From an uncultured virus (IMG/VR IMGVR_UViG_3300010885_003647) (Duplodnaviria > Heunggongvirae > Uroviricota > Caudoviricetes): a DNA stretch of 64,000 nucleotides. Shown piece after piece: positions 36,590-47,258 of the stretch. The position numbers and the translations under genes are program-made. The stretch lies in IMG/VR virus record IMGVR_UViG_3300010885_003647, one strand, 5' to 3'. Positions within the stretch are counted from its first letter, which is position 1. Every line of letters begins with the position of its first letter. The notes under the pieces were generated by a model, which was not told where the DNA came from, ran no database searches, and saw only the letters and a program-made list of their open reading frames with translations.

Positions 36590-37198
36590 ATGCAAAAAGA
36601 ATTAGCAAGCTGTGGAGATAAGGCAGTAGCATCTTTACAAGCAAACGCAGCACACGACGCGACAGTAGGTATTGAAGGTTCTTACCTCGTTGAGTGCCAT
36701 GACGCCCAAGGCAATTTAAAGTGGTCTGAGTCTATCCCTAACTTAGTCGTTGCTGTTGGTAAGCAATTGATGCTAAACACTTTGTTAACGTCTACTAGCT
36801 ATTCAGTTGTAGGCCCATACTTAGGCTTGACAAACCAGACTTTGACACCAGCCGCAGCAGATACAATGACTACTATTGTTACTACTTTGTCTGCAGAGTT
36901 TACTAACTACACAGTTGGTGGTTCAGCAGTTCGTGGTACAGCCGTATTCGCATCAGCTACATCTACTGGTACTACTCCAACTAACGTAACAACTTCTACA
37001 GCTACTCCAATTACCTACACTATTACTGGTGCTGGTGGTACTGTTTATGGTTGCTTCTTGGTTACTGGTACTGGCGCATCTAGCACACAAGGCTCTACTG
37101 CTGGTACTTTGTACTCTGAAGGTAACTTCACAACTCCAAAGGCTACAACCGTTGGCGATACAGTAACTGTAACTTATAGCACTACTGCAACCTCTTAA
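36590..37198 (+). CDS. tail-associated structural protein
   Basis: GNLKW....NLVV..GK...GTLYS. Confidence 0.7.
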   Translation: MQKELASCGDKAVASLQANAAHDATVGIEGSYLVECHDAQGNLKWSESIPNLVVAVGKQLMLNTLLTSTSYSVVGPYLGLTNQTLTPAAADTMTTIVTTLSAEFTNYTVGGSAVRGTAVFASATSTGTTPTNVTTSTATPITYTITGAGGTVYGCFLVTGTGASSTQGSTAGTLYSEGNFTTPKATTVGDTVTVTYSTTATS

Positions 37199-37216
37199 TC
37201 TTTGAAGGGGTCTTAA

Positions 37217-38659
37217 ATGGCTCTAGCGTTATATGATCGGGTTCAACAGACTGGCACTGCAAACACAACCGTAAGTTTTACTTTAAGCGGAAGTGTTGCA
37301 GGCTACCAGTCGTTTTCTGTCATTGGCAATGGGAACACTACCTACTACTCAGCTACGGATGCGTCTGGAAACTGGGAAGTAGGTATTGGTACCTATTCAA
37401 CCACAGGGCCTACACTAACTCGTACTACTATTCTGTCTTCTAGTAACTCTGGAAGCGCAGTTACATTTAGTGGTACGGTTACTGTGTTCGTAACTTATCC
37501 TGCCTCAAAGTCTACTAACTTAGATGCGTCTGGAAACGTTAACGCTTTAGGAACAGTTGCATCTGGGACGTGGCAGGCTACTACTATTGCTACTGCTTAT
37601 GGTGGTACTGGTACTACAAGTTCAACTAGCACTGTTGCTGGTTCAAATGTATTGCGGGATTCAAACGTAAACATTTCAGGTAACAACTATTTTGCTGGCT
37701 CGGCTACTGTAACTGCCGCTGCTGGAACGACCACGCTAACTGCTGCTTCTGGATTTATCCAAGTATTAAACGGTACTGGCGGTCAAACATTTAAACTTCC
37801 TGATGCAACAACGCTTCCAATTTCTGCTCAGTTTCAGTTTAATAACAACGCAACAGGCACACTAACAATCGTAAACAACGCAAGTGGTGCAGTAGGTACT
37901 GTTTCTGCTGGTGGTGCTGTGAATATTGTTTTGCTTTCAAACGGTACTGTTGCTGGTACTTGGGACGTTCATGGATACTTTCCTGAAAACGTTACTTGGG
38001 GTACAAACGCATTAGCATTAAGCACTACTGTAATTACTGGTGGTACATGGAACGGCGGTACGATTCCTACTGGCTACGGTGGTACAGGTTTAACTACATT
38101 TACTTCTGGCGGTGCTATATACGCCACATCTACTAGCGCGCTAACTACAGGTACTTTGCCTGTTACTGCTGGTGGTACTGGATTGACTGCAGTTAATGCG
38201 GGCTATATTCCATTTGGATCAAGCTCATCCGCGCTTGCCTCTAGCGCAAACTTTAACTATGATGCTGCAAACATTCGTGTAGGTATCGGTGTTACAGCTC
38301 CTGGTGTTGCGTTAGATATTTCTGGAACAATGAGAACCACTTCTCAGTCCATTACTTCTTCAGCGACAATTACTCCAACTGCTGGTACAGCTAACCAATA
38401 TGACATTACTGCATTGGCTGTAGGCGCAACTTTCCTTGCTCCTTCTGGAACTCCAATTGATGGACAAAAGCTGGTTATTCGTATTAAAGATAACGGAACT
38501 GCACAAACATTAACTTGGACTCTTACTTCTGGCGCTTATCGCGGTGTTGGTGGCGCATTGCCAGCTACTACTGTTGCAGGTAAAGTTCTATATCTAGGCT
38601 GTATCTATAACTCGCAAGATGTATTTTGGGACGTAGTCGCTCAGGCACAACAAGGATAG
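37217..38659 (+). CDS. tail fibre protein
   Basis: DRVQQT...WEVGIGT N-terminus and repeated GGTG fibre motifs. Confidence 0.75.
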   Translation: MALALYDRVQQTGTANTTVSFTLSGSVAGYQSFSVIGNGNTTYYSATDASGNWEVGIGTYSTTGPTLTRTTILSSSNSGSAVTFSGTVTVFVTYPASKSTNLDASGNVNALGTVASGTWQATTIATAYGGTGTTSSTSTVAGSNVLRDSNVNISGNNYFAGSATVTAAAGTTTLTAASGFIQVLNGTGGQTFKLPDATTLPISAQFQFNNNATGTLTIVNNASGAVGTVSAGGAVNIVLLSNGTVAGTWDVHGYFPENVTWGTNALALSTTVITGGTWNGGTIPTGYGGTGLTTFTSGGAIYATSTSALTTGTLPVTAGGTGLTAVNAGYIPFGSSSSALASSANFNYDAANIRVGIGVTAPGVALDISGTMRTTSQSITSSATITPTAGTANQYDITALAVGATFLAPSGTPIDGQKLVIRIKDNGTAQTLTWTLTSGAYRGVGGALPATTVAGKVLYLGCIYNSQDVFWDVVAQAQQG

Positions 38660-38662
38660 TAA

Positions 38663-41251
38663 ATGGCAAACCGATATTGGGTTGGCGGTAACGGAGGCTG
38701 GAGTGCTGCGGGTACCACTAACTGGTCAGCATCACCCGCAATTTCTTTTACTGCATCTTGTTCTGGAACAACGCTAACAACTACAGGCTCACCAGCACTT
38801 GTTGTTGGTATGACCGTTTACAATACAGTTTCAACTAACCTTGGAACTATTACAGGCGGTTCAGGAAATACTTGGACAGTCTCTATTGGTGGTACTGTTG
38901 CATCTACAACCATGTCTGCCGCTACTGTGGGCGCTTCTGCTCCTACTTTAAGTGATGACGTATTCTTTAACTCTACCTCTGGTGTTGGTACCTCTGCATA
39001 CAGCATATCTAACGGTGGTAACGGTGCCTGCAATAACTATACGGTATCTGGTTTAAGTGGCGCTCTGACGTGGTCTAACTTCGGCGTTATCAACATTTAC
39101 GGAAGCCTTAGTATTTCAGGCGGAAATTGGACTTCAACCTTCTACGGATCTTGGACATTCCCAGGAACTGCTACAGGAAGAACCATTGACGTTGGTGGTG
39201 TTTATATTGGCGGTCAGGTAGTATTGACTGGAGTAGGATCTACAGTATCACTTTCCTCAGCTATAAGCTGCCAAGGATTCGTCTTTACTAACGGAACATT
39301 CAATACAAACAACTTCACCATTACGCTTCTTACTGGCGCTTCGGGTACTAACGCGGTTTCAAATACAGGTACAGGTACGACTGTAGTTAACTTAGGTTCG
39401 TCCACTATTACCAGCGGTACTACAACCATATGGAACTTTGCTACAACTACAGGATTAACATTTAATGCGGGTACATCTAACTTAAGCATTAACGGTATTA
39501 CCTTTGCAGGTGGTGGATTAACTTACTATAACGTCACTCTTGGTAATACAACTGTTGGTGGAAACTTTACTACTCCTGCTTTGAACGTTACGGGTGCAAA
39601 TACCTTTAACAACCTTACTATGTCTGGGCCATCAACAGACGGATCAAAGCTAACAGTATTTGCGGCTAACCAAACAATTAACGGAACTTTCACTTGCGTT
39701 GGCTCAACAGTTCTTCGCAGAAACCTTTTTGTATCTAGCCCTAGATCAAATACTTCACAAATTACACTTACTTGCGCTGCCGTAAGCTTTGCTAACATTG
39801 ACTTCTATGGCGTTATTATTGCTGGCGCAGCGGCTCCAGTAGATGGTACTCTTACAGGTTTAGGTGATGCTGGATATAACTCAGGCATTACATTCCCAAC
39901 AGCCAAAACAGTTTATTGGAACCTTGCTACTGGTGGTACTACGTATTCTACTGCTTGGGCTACAACGTCTGGTGGTACACCTGCTGTAGCAAACTTCCCG
40001 TTACCACATGATATAGCGGTTATTGGAAATACTGGATTAAACTCTGGCGCTATTATTACAAATAGCTATACTGGTCCAAATCTTGATTTGAGCACTCGTA
40101 CTGTTGCTATGACATTTAATTCGGCATCGGGAACTTCTTATCAAGCTGGTTACATAAACTCTCCGTCAACTCTTGTAACGTTTGGTTCTGGTTGTAACGT
40201 TATTATGTACAACAAAGCCTTGTACGCTGGTGGAACATTTACTGCTGGTGCGATTGTTCAAACTTTTGGAACTGTAGATATAACTGCATCAAATTCTTTT
40301 GCAAATTTTACTCTTAACAATGGAACTTTGAACTTGTTGGCAGGTATGGGTATCACCACCGGTTTTACTTTTTCCCAAACTTCTGCAGGAGCAGGTCCCG
40401 CTGCAATTCTCAATTTAAACTCCTACAATATTACTTGCGGAAATTCGTTTGCTAGCGGAGTTTCTACCAGAACTATTAACTTTGGTACAGGCTCCATTAC
40501 TGTTACGAATAACTCTGGGGGTACTCCTGGTATAGCAGCTACTGGACTTACTGTAACTGGATCTAGAACATTTATTCTTGGTGGTTCTGGTGCATCTACT
40601 GTAGGAACTACATTACAGCTTACCAACTTTACCGAAGCAAATGCTTTTGATCTTTATCTTAATAGCAGTAGAACTTATACATTAACTATCCAGGCTAGCA
40701 GTTTTGTAAGAAACTTAATTTTTACAGATTTTACTGGTGGTACACTGGCTAACACAACTTTAACCGTATATGGTGATGTAACTTTTCCAGCTAGTGTTGG
40801 CACATTTACCGCTGGTACCAATGCTTGGACATTTGCTGGATCTGGAACACAGACACTTACTACCAACTCTAAAACTATAGATTGGCCTTTAACAAAATCT
40901 GGCACAGGTACTATTGCTACGTCTGGTAACTTTACGATGGGTTCTACTCGTGCGCTTACATTTACTTCAGGCACTATATCTGTTGGCGCTGGTACTACGC
41001 TTACTGTAGGTTCTTTTGTTACTTCTGGTACGACATTAAAGTACTTAGCTAGTACGGTATCTGGAACTCAAGGAAACATAACTAAAGCATCTGGAACAAC
41101 TACAGTTACCTACATGAACATTAAAGACTCTGCAGCTTCTGGCGGTGTTTGGAGTGCTCTTGATGCCACTAACGTTAACGGTGGTAATAACTCAGGCTGG
41201 CTTATTGCTGGTACCCTTGGCTCTGCTTTTTTTCTCATGCTAAGAAAGTAG
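38663..41251 (+). CDS. tail spike / fibre-like beta-helical protein
   Basis: MANRYWVGG N-terminus; Thr/Gly/Asn-rich beta repeats; ends NNSGW. Confidence 0.7.
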   Translation: MANRYWVGGNGGWSAAGTTNWSASPAISFTASCSGTTLTTTGSPALVVGMTVYNTVSTNLGTITGGSGNTWTVSIGGTVASTTMSAATVGASAPTLSDDVFFNSTSGVGTSAYSISNGGNGACNNYTVSGLSGALTWSNFGVINIYGSLSISGGNWTSTFYGSWTFPGTATGRTIDVGGVYIGGQVVLTGVGSTVSLSSAISCQGFVFTNGTFNTNNFTITLLTGASGTNAVSNTGTGTTVVNLGSSTITSGTTTIWNFATTTGLTFNAGTSNLSINGITFAGGGLTYYNVTLGNTTVGGNFTTPALNVTGANTFNNLTMSGPSTDGSKLTVFAANQTINGTFTCVGSTVLRRNLFVSSPRSNTSQITLTCAAVSFANIDFYGVIIAGAAAPVDGTLTGLGDAGYNSGITFPTAKTVYWNLATGGTTYSTAWATTSGGTPAVANFPLPHDIAVIGNTGLNSGAIITNSYTGPNLDLSTRTVAMTFNSASGTSYQAGYINSPSTLVTFGSGCNVIMYNKALYAGGTFTAGAIVQTFGTVDITASNSFANFTLNNGTLNLLAGMGITTGFTFSQTSAGAGPAAILNLNSYNITCGNSFASGVSTRTINFGTGSITVTNNSGGTPGIAATGLTVTGSRTFILGGSGASTVGTTLQLTNFTEANAFDLYLNSSRTYTLTIQASSFVRNLIFTDFTGGTLANTTLTVYGDVTFPASVGTFTAGTNAWTFAGSGTQTLTTNSKTIDWPLTKSGTGTIATSGNFTMGSTRALTFTSGTISVGAGTTLTVGSFVTSGTTLKYLASTVSGTQGNITKASGTTTVTYMNIKDSAASGGVWSALDATNVNGGNNSGWLIAGTLGSAFFLMLRK

Positions 41252-41254
41252 ACC

Positions 41255-43057
41255 ATGTTTGGTATATCAGCATTTTCACAAGCACCGTTTTCTTCTTTAG
41301 CGGGAAATAACTATAGCCTTACTATTAGTGAAAATTTTCTTATTGCTGATGTAGTAACGTATGGATCAATATTTAGTTTAAACATTTCTGAGAATGTTAA
41401 TATCATTGCCTACTTCACCGTTCCTGGTTCTTTCTTAGGCGCGGTTGTTGAAAACTCAGGAATGGCTGATACCAATTCAGTCCTATCTTCCTACTTGATA
41501 TCTCAATCAGAAAACTTTTATCTAGACGATTCATCCGCAATAAACTACGGATACTTGATTTCCAAAACGGAAGACTTTATTCCACAAGCATCTTATGTAA
41601 ATTACTTTGCATCAAAGCAGTCTATAACAGAGGCTATTAATTCAGTAGCAAACGATCAAACTATTACTTCAGGTGGCCTACTTAGCCTTTCTGAAAACTC
41701 AAATGTAGCGTCCGTTCAAAGTGTTGCTGGTAACTTCCAAAATACCATTGCAGAAGACTTTGACCCTAAATCAACTCAAACAATACAATCTAATTCCGTC
41801 TTCAGTATTGCTGAAAATTCAGTTCTAGGAAACACACAAAGCATTAGTGCAGACTTCTTAAGAAGCATTTTTGAAAACTTTGATGCAGGAGATGCTCCAA
41901 GAATAAGGGCTGGCTACCTAATTACTTTTGCAGAAAATTCAAACGTTTCAAACTTTGAGACTGTAACAACAGGATACCTAAAGAGCATTACCGAAAACTT
42001 TAGCCCTAAAAGCGACCAAGAAATAAAAGTAGAGTACTACATTGATGTTTCTGATGGCGTTAGAATTATTGCGTACTTTGTAGCTGATGGCGAGTTCCTA
42101 GGCGCGGTTGTTGAAAACGTTGGAATGAATACAGTGCTAGTTTCACCAGCAAACTTCCCAAAAGATATTGCAGAAGGTTCTTATTTAGATAACGATCAGT
42201 CCGCCTCGTTGGGTGCATACAGAACTGTTGATGAAAATTTTGATGTTGCCTATAGCGAAGAGACACAGTCGAACTTCTTTCAATCGCGCTACGACAACAA
42301 CTTAATGAACGACTATGTTGAAAGCCCAGGATCATTTGAGGTTTTCCAAATTGAGCCTTTTATTGCCACACCTGAACAAATAATAATACAGGCAAACTTT
42401 ATACAAGCGTATGCAGGCCCGCTTGGTATTGAGAGCGTTGAAGAAGCATCATTAGGATCATTTAGAGGCGTTACAGAAAACTCAGACATTGAGGCAGAGC
42501 AAGCAATTGTAGGTGATTTTAACGCTGCCGTATTTGAAGATTCTGAGATGGAGTCCATTCAGATCCAAGGATTAAATGTAAGTTTCACCGTTACAGAAAA
42601 TGTCGACTCTGAAGAACAGCAAAGCATCGTTGCAGACTTTTTCCAAGCTATTGACGAAGCAACCACAATAGAAGACTACCAAGAAATCCAATCAACCTAC
42701 TTAGCGGAAATCTTTGAAAACGCTGCTATTGCAAGCATTCAGGTTGGATATTGGAGTACCGATGTCAGCATTGAAGAACAAACCGCGTTAGATAACGACC
42801 AAACAATCGTCCGTGCGTTTACTTTCAATATTACTGAGAACGCTGTTTTAGAAAATTCCCAGACTGCGGGTATTGACTTTACTACAGCAATGCTTGAAAA
42901 CTTCCGCATAATTGCGATTCAACGGGCTAATAACAGTGATTTCTTCCAAGACATAGTAGAAGCGACTTTTATGGCAGACTCGAATGTTGCCCGTGCATGG
43001 GTTAAAATCAACGATAACCAAGACATTGTCTGGACTCCAGTCAATAACACACAATAG
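41255..43057 (+). CDS. acidic repetitive virion protein
   Basis: MFGISAFSQAPFSSL start; roughly 20-aa periodic (I/V)xEN repeats. Confidence 0.7.
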   Translation: MFGISAFSQAPFSSLAGNNYSLTISENFLIADVVTYGSIFSLNISENVNIIAYFTVPGSFLGAVVENSGMADTNSVLSSYLISQSENFYLDDSSAINYGYLISKTEDFIPQASYVNYFASKQSITEAINSVANDQTITSGGLLSLSENSNVASVQSVAGNFQNTIAEDFDPKSTQTIQSNSVFSIAENSVLGNTQSISADFLRSIFENFDAGDAPRIRAGYLITFAENSNVSNFETVTTGYLKSITENFSPKSDQEIKVEYYIDVSDGVRIIAYFVADGEFLGAVVENVGMNTVLVSPANFPKDIAEGSYLDNDQSASLGAYRTVDENFDVAYSEETQSNFFQSRYDNNLMNDYVESPGSFEVFQIEPFIATPEQIIIQANFIQAYAGPLGIESVEEASLGSFRGVTENSDIEAEQAIVGDFNAAVFEDSEMESIQIQGLNVSFTVTENVDSEEQQSIVADFFQAIDEATTIEDYQEIQSTYLAEIFENAAIASIQVGYWSTDVSIEEQTALDNDQTIVRAFTFNITENAVLENSQTAGIDFTTAMLENFRIIAIQRANNSDFFQDIVEATFMADSNVARAWVKINDNQDIVWTPVNNTQ

Positions 43058-43066
43058 GATTAAGAA

Positions 43067-44251
43067 ATGACAACTACCTACTCAACCAACCTAGCCATTG
43101 AGCTTATCGGTACAGGCGACCAGTCTGGTACATGGGGTGATACTACCAACAATAACCTTGGTACCCTTATAGAACAGGCAATTAGCGGCTATGTAACCCA
43201 AGTAATGAACGATGGTAACGCTGCAACTACCACGATTACTATTCCTAATGGCGCTTCTGGTGTGGCGCGGAATATGACCGTTGAGATGACAGGCACTGTT
43301 AGTTACTCCAATACAGCCCTGATTGTGCCAAGCAACGAGAAACTCTACTACATCTACAACAACACTACTGGCGGTAACCCTATACAAGTTAAGGTAAGCG
43401 GTCAGACTGGCTTATCCGTGCCAAACGGCAAGAAGATGTTGATGGTATCTAATGGTACAGACGTGGTAAGTGCGGTAAGCCACATGAGTTCTTTGACCCT
43501 TGCAAGCCCACTTCCAGCCAGCTCAGGCGGTACAGGCACAAGCAACTCAACAGGTACAGGCAGTATCGTATTCCAAACTAGCCCAACTTTAATTACTCCT
43601 AACCTAGGAACCCCAAACTCTGCGGTATTAACCAATGCTACGGGTTTACCCTTAACTACAGGCGTAACAGGAGTTTTACCATACACCGCTGGTGGTCTTG
43701 GTTCTAATACATTTGCTGCTAGCGTAATCTTAAAAGTAAATAGTTCTGCTAATGCTATAACTGCCGCCGTTCCGGGTACTGACTACGCTGCTCCTGCTTC
43801 AGCTACTACTTATACTGCGCTACAAACATTTTCTGGGGCTACTACAAACATAGCTCTTGAAGCCGTCAATATTAAAGAACCTGCAACTATTACTGCAACT
43901 GCTGCTACGGGCACAATTAACTACAACATAACTAGCCAATCAGTTCTGTATTACACAACAGCAGCAACAGCAAACTGGACAATTAACTTTAGAGGTTCTA
44001 GCAGTACAACGCTGTCTTCTATTATGGATATTGGTGACTCTATATCGGCTACCTTTATAGCAACTCAAGGTTCTACTGCTTACTTTAATAGCTCAGTTAC
44101 TATTGATAGCACCGTTGTATCTCCTTTATGGCAGGGCGGTTCAGAACCAATTGCTGGTAACCCTAATAGCGTTGACGTTTATAACTACGTAATTATTAAG
44201 ACGGCTTCTTCAGCATTTACTGTTTTAGCTTCTGTAACCCAGTTCTCTTAA
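43067..44251 (+). CDS. tail fibre-related protein
   Basis: YSTNLAIELIGTGDQSGTWG..TNNNL N-terminus; SPTLITPNLGTP fibre repeats. Confidence 0.75.
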   Translation: MTTTYSTNLAIELIGTGDQSGTWGDTTNNNLGTLIEQAISGYVTQVMNDGNAATTTITIPNGASGVARNMTVEMTGTVSYSNTALIVPSNEKLYYIYNNTTGGNPIQVKVSGQTGLSVPNGKKMLMVSNGTDVVSAVSHMSSLTLASPLPASSGGTGTSNSTGTGSIVFQTSPTLITPNLGTPNSAVLTNATGLPLTTGVTGVLPYTAGGLGSNTFAASVILKVNSSANAITAAVPGTDYAAPASATTYTALQTFSGATTNIALEAVNIKEPATITATAATGTINYNITSQSVLYYTTAATANWTINFRGSSSTTLSSIMDIGDSISATFIATQGSTAYFNSSVTIDSTVVSPLWQGGSEPIAGNPNSVDVYNYVIIKTASSAFTVLASVTQFS

Positions 44252-44260
44252 GGTTAACTG

Positions 44261-46129
44261 ATGCCACGTCTATCCCTTATTGGATCCGCAGCTCTAACTG
44301 CTTTTGGCTTTGCCTCAAGTGTGGGCTTTAACAACTACTCCGTTTCCTACCTATTGGTTGCAGGTGGCGGTGGTGGTGGAGCTAATGCGGACGAAGGATC
44401 AGGCGGTGGCGGTGGTGGTGGATACTTGTTTGGTGGTATCAATATTGATTCAACGACTGACTACACAGTTACTATTGGTGCTGGTGGTATCGTCAACGTA
44501 TATGGTGGCAACTCCTCTATCGACAACGGCGTAATTAACGTTACTGCAATTGGTGGTGGTTCTGGTGGTGGTCTAGCTAACTCAGGCAATATTAATGGTG
44601 GCTCAGGTGGTGGGCAGTCATTTAGAGATATTTCTTCCGAAGATATTGGTCCTGGTACTGGAGTAAGCGGTCAAGGCTATGCGGGTAGCGAAAACGATGG
44701 TGTTTCCATTGGTGGTGGCGGTGGCGGTGCATCTCAAGTCGGACAAGGTATAGATGGTGGCGATGGTGTTCAGTCTTCTATTACAGGTACTGCAGCTTAC
44801 TATGCAGGTGGTGGTGGAGGTGGTAATCGTGCGTCTGGTTCGGGTGGTGCAGGTGGCTTGGGTGGTGGTGGCTCGAACGGCGTAGCTGGTACTGCTAATA
44901 CAGGCGGTGGCGGTGCTGGTGGTGGCGCTTCTTATAGCTCAACAATTGGTGGTTCCGGTGTGGCTATCTTCACATATCAAAGCTCAGTTCAGCTTGCTAT
45001 TGGTGGTACTGTAACTTCTTACACATCTGGTGGACTTACTTATTGGGTTCACACATTTACAACTTCAGGCGTGTTTACAAGCATCGTAGTACCTGATAGC
45101 CTTACTGACCCAATCATTTCTGGAATTCCTTCTGTTGGTCAAACACTTACTTGCAGCACAGGTACATGGACAGGCCCACCAACAAGCTACACATATCAGT
45201 GGCAGAGAAACAATGTAACCAATATTACTGGTGCTACATCTAGCACTTACTCAGTTACTTCAACCGATATTGGCAACACATTAAATTGTCGTGTAACTGC
45301 AATTAACGGGCTTGGTAGTTCTACTGCTAACTCTGATTCTACAATTACTATTCCTTCAACTTATGCAATCAGCTACCTCTTAGTTGGTGGTGGTGGCGGC
45401 GGCGGTAATGTCCATGCTGGTGGTCCTGGATACCTCCCTGGAGGCGGCGGTGGAGGCGGTGGTGTCATAACAGGCTCAACTACTGTAGGTGCTGGTGAAA
45501 TCTACTACTTCAGCGTAGGTTCTGGTGGTGCAGGTGGTGGATATGGTGGCAACACAACAGGTCTTGGCTTAACTGCATACGGTGGTGGTGTCGGTGGATC
45601 TGGTGGTAATGGTGGATCCGGTGGCTCAGGCGGTGGCGGTACAGGTATTTATCCTACTAGCGGTGGATCAGGTGTCTCAGGTCAGGGTAATGCGGGTGGT
45701 GGAAATACATTACAAAACGCCGAAGGTGGTGCTGGCGGTGGCGGTGCAGGGGCTGTAGGTGGTAATACTCCAAGTGGCGGTGCTGCTGGCGGTGCTGGTA
45801 TCTACGTTGCCCTTACAGGCGCTTACTACGGTGGTGGCGGTGGTGGATCTGAGATTGATGGAGGCCGCTCTGGTGGTATAGGCGGCGGTGGTTCAGGTGG
45901 CTATGCTGGTACTGGCGGTGCAGGTACAAACAATCTTGGCGGTGGCGGTGGAGCAGCAGGCGGTTATGGTGGCTTAGCAAACGGCGGTCAGGGTGGTATC
46001 GGTGTAGCAGTATTAGTCATACCCACATCAAGCTTTAGTGGTATCTACACAGGTACAGCTACAGTAACAGTCAGTGGAAGCAACACTATATTGACCTTCA
46101 CTTATGGCACATGTACTTACACGGCTTAA
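44261..46129 (+). CDS. glycine-rich domain protein (two Gly-rich domains flanking an Ig-like domain), putative receptor binding
   Basis: Two SYLLV(A/G)GGGGG...GGSG domains; central VGQTLTCSTGTW...YTYQWQR...CRVTA.N Ig-like module. Confidence 0.75.
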   Translation: MPRLSLIGSAALTAFGFASSVGFNNYSVSYLLVAGGGGGGANADEGSGGGGGGGYLFGGINIDSTTDYTVTIGAGGIVNVYGGNSSIDNGVINVTAIGGGSGGGLANSGNINGGSGGGQSFRDISSEDIGPGTGVSGQGYAGSENDGVSIGGGGGGASQVGQGIDGGDGVQSSITGTAAYYAGGGGGGNRASGSGGAGGLGGGGSNGVAGTANTGGGGAGGGASYSSTIGGSGVAIFTYQSSVQLAIGGTVTSYTSGGLTYWVHTFTTSGVFTSIVVPDSLTDPIISGIPSVGQTLTCSTGTWTGPPTSYTYQWQRNNVTNITGATSSTYSVTSTDIGNTLNCRVTAINGLGSSTANSDSTITIPSTYAISYLLVGGGGGGGNVHAGGPGYLPGGGGGGGGVITGSTTVGAGEIYYFSVGSGGAGGGYGGNTTGLGLTAYGGGVGGSGGNGGSGGSGGGGTGIYPTSGGSGVSGQGNAGGGNTLQNAEGGAGGGGAGAVGGNTPSGGAAGGAGIYVALTGAYYGGGGGGSEIDGGRSGGIGGGGSGGYAGTGGAGTNNLGGGGGAAGGYGGLANGGQGGIGVAVLVIPTSSFSGIYTGTATVTVSGSNTILTFTYGTCTYTA

Positions 46130-46334
46130 TATGAAAAAGACAACCATCGGCATTATGCACTCTAAGACTATGTGGTTCTCTTTGGCTATAGCTGTGTTTG
46201 GTGCTGTGGAAACGTACTACCCATATCTGCAGAATGTTGTTAACCCTAAGTATTATGGTCCTATATTTATGGCTATTGGAATAATCTGCGCTGTATTGCG
46301 TGTTTATACAACCTTACCTTTGGATGAAAAATAA
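46104..46334 (+). CDS. putative holin
   Basis: Two TM segments, SKTMWFS...VLRVYTT; probable start 46131; precedes the spanin and endolysin. Confidence 0.6.
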   Translation: MAHVLTRLNMKKTTIGIMHSKTMWFSLAIAVFGAVETYYPYLQNVVNPKYYGPIFMAIGIICAVLRVYTTLPLDEK

Positions 46335-46753
46335 TGTTTGGTCTAACTATCCCAATTCAGTTCTATATCTATGCAGCCCTTACTCTAGCCGCCGTTGGTG
46401 GTATTGGTTATGGCAAGTATGAGTCTGTCAAATACGATGCTTATGTAGCCAAAACAGAACTCGCTGCAAAAGAACAAGAGATGGAAATCAAGTCTAGAGA
46501 AAAGCAAGCAACCTTAGTAACGGAGAAAGTAAAAAATGATTATGAAAACAAGTTGGATTTTATTAAGCGTACTTATGGTGGGATGCGCCTCCCCAACGCC
46601 AGTCAAGCAAGCCAAGTTCCCGGAGCCTCCAGTGGTCTTGATGGCACCCCCTCCGACCCAAAATTTATTGAAAAGTGCGCCATAACTACCCAGCAATTGG
46701 TTAGCCTTCAGGCGTGGCTGAACGAGCAAATCGGAATCTTTAATGCAAAGTAA
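46334..46753 (+). CDS. Rz: i-spanin (Rz-like)
   Basis: N-terminal TM then coiled coil; contains an embedded lipoprotein ORF. Confidence 0.75.
   Translation: MFGLTIPIQFYIYAALTLAAVGGIGYGKYESVKYDAYVAKTELAAKEQEMEIKSREKQATLVTEKVKNDYENKLDFIKRTYGGMRLPNASQASQVPGASSGLDGTPSDPKFIEKCAITTQQLVSLQAWLNEQIGIFNAK
46536..46685 (+). CDS. Rz1: o-spanin lipoprotein (Rz1-like) embedded in the +1 frame of the i-spanin
   Basis: MIMKTSWILLSVLMVG-CASPTPVKQAKFPEPPVVLMAPPPTQNLLKSAP has a lipobox and a Pro-rich mature part. Confidence 0.8.
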   Translation: MIMKTSWILLSVLMVGCASPTPVKQAKFPEPPVVLMAPPPTQNLLKSAP

Positions 46754-47255
46754 TTTCAACCAATCTTTGCTCCTATTGCTTAAGCACGAGGGAGGCTACG
46801 TAAATAATAGCCGTGATTCTGGAGGCATGACAAACCTTGGCGTAACTGCTAAAGTGTGGGAGAGCTGGGTTGGTCATCCTGTAGATGAAAAGCAAATGAA
46901 GGCACTAACCCCTGATGATGTTGCACCTTTATATAAAAGGAAATACTGGGATGCTTGCGGAGCTGATGAGCTTGTATGTGGTATTGACTACGCTGTTTTT
47001 GACTACGCTGTTAATTCCGGGGTCGGGCGTGCGGTTAAGACTTTGCAGGCTTGCGTTGGGGTGCCTATTGATGGTGGTATTGGTCCAGTTACTTTGGCTG
47101 CCATAAAAGCTCAGAATAGCGCAGAACTGATTAAAAATATTTGCAGTAAACGATTAGACTTTTTAAGATCATTAAGTGCCTTTCCTACATTCGGTAAGGG
47201 ATGGGAACGCCGTGTTAATGAAGTGCAAGCAGAAGCTTTAAGAATGCTAGGGTAA
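46743..47255 (+). CDS. endolysin, glycoside hydrolase family 108 with peptidoglycan-binding domain
   Basis: HEGGYVN...DSGGMTNLGVT...YW...FDYAVNSG...FGKGWERR. Confidence 0.9.
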   Translation: MQSNFNQSLLLLLKHEGGYVNNSRDSGGMTNLGVTAKVWESWVGHPVDEKQMKALTPDDVAPLYKRKYWDACGADELVCGIDYAVFDYAVNSGVGRAVKTLQACVGVPIDGGIGPVTLAAIKAQNSAELIKNICSKRLDFLRSLSAFPTFGKGWERRVNEVQAEALRMLG

Positions 47256-47258
47256 AGA

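Noticed and set aside
38818..43686. Many minus-strand Val/Pro-rich ORFs antisense to the fibre genes
   Set aside because: They are shadows of Thr/Gly codon bias on the coding strand and lack SD or promoter support.
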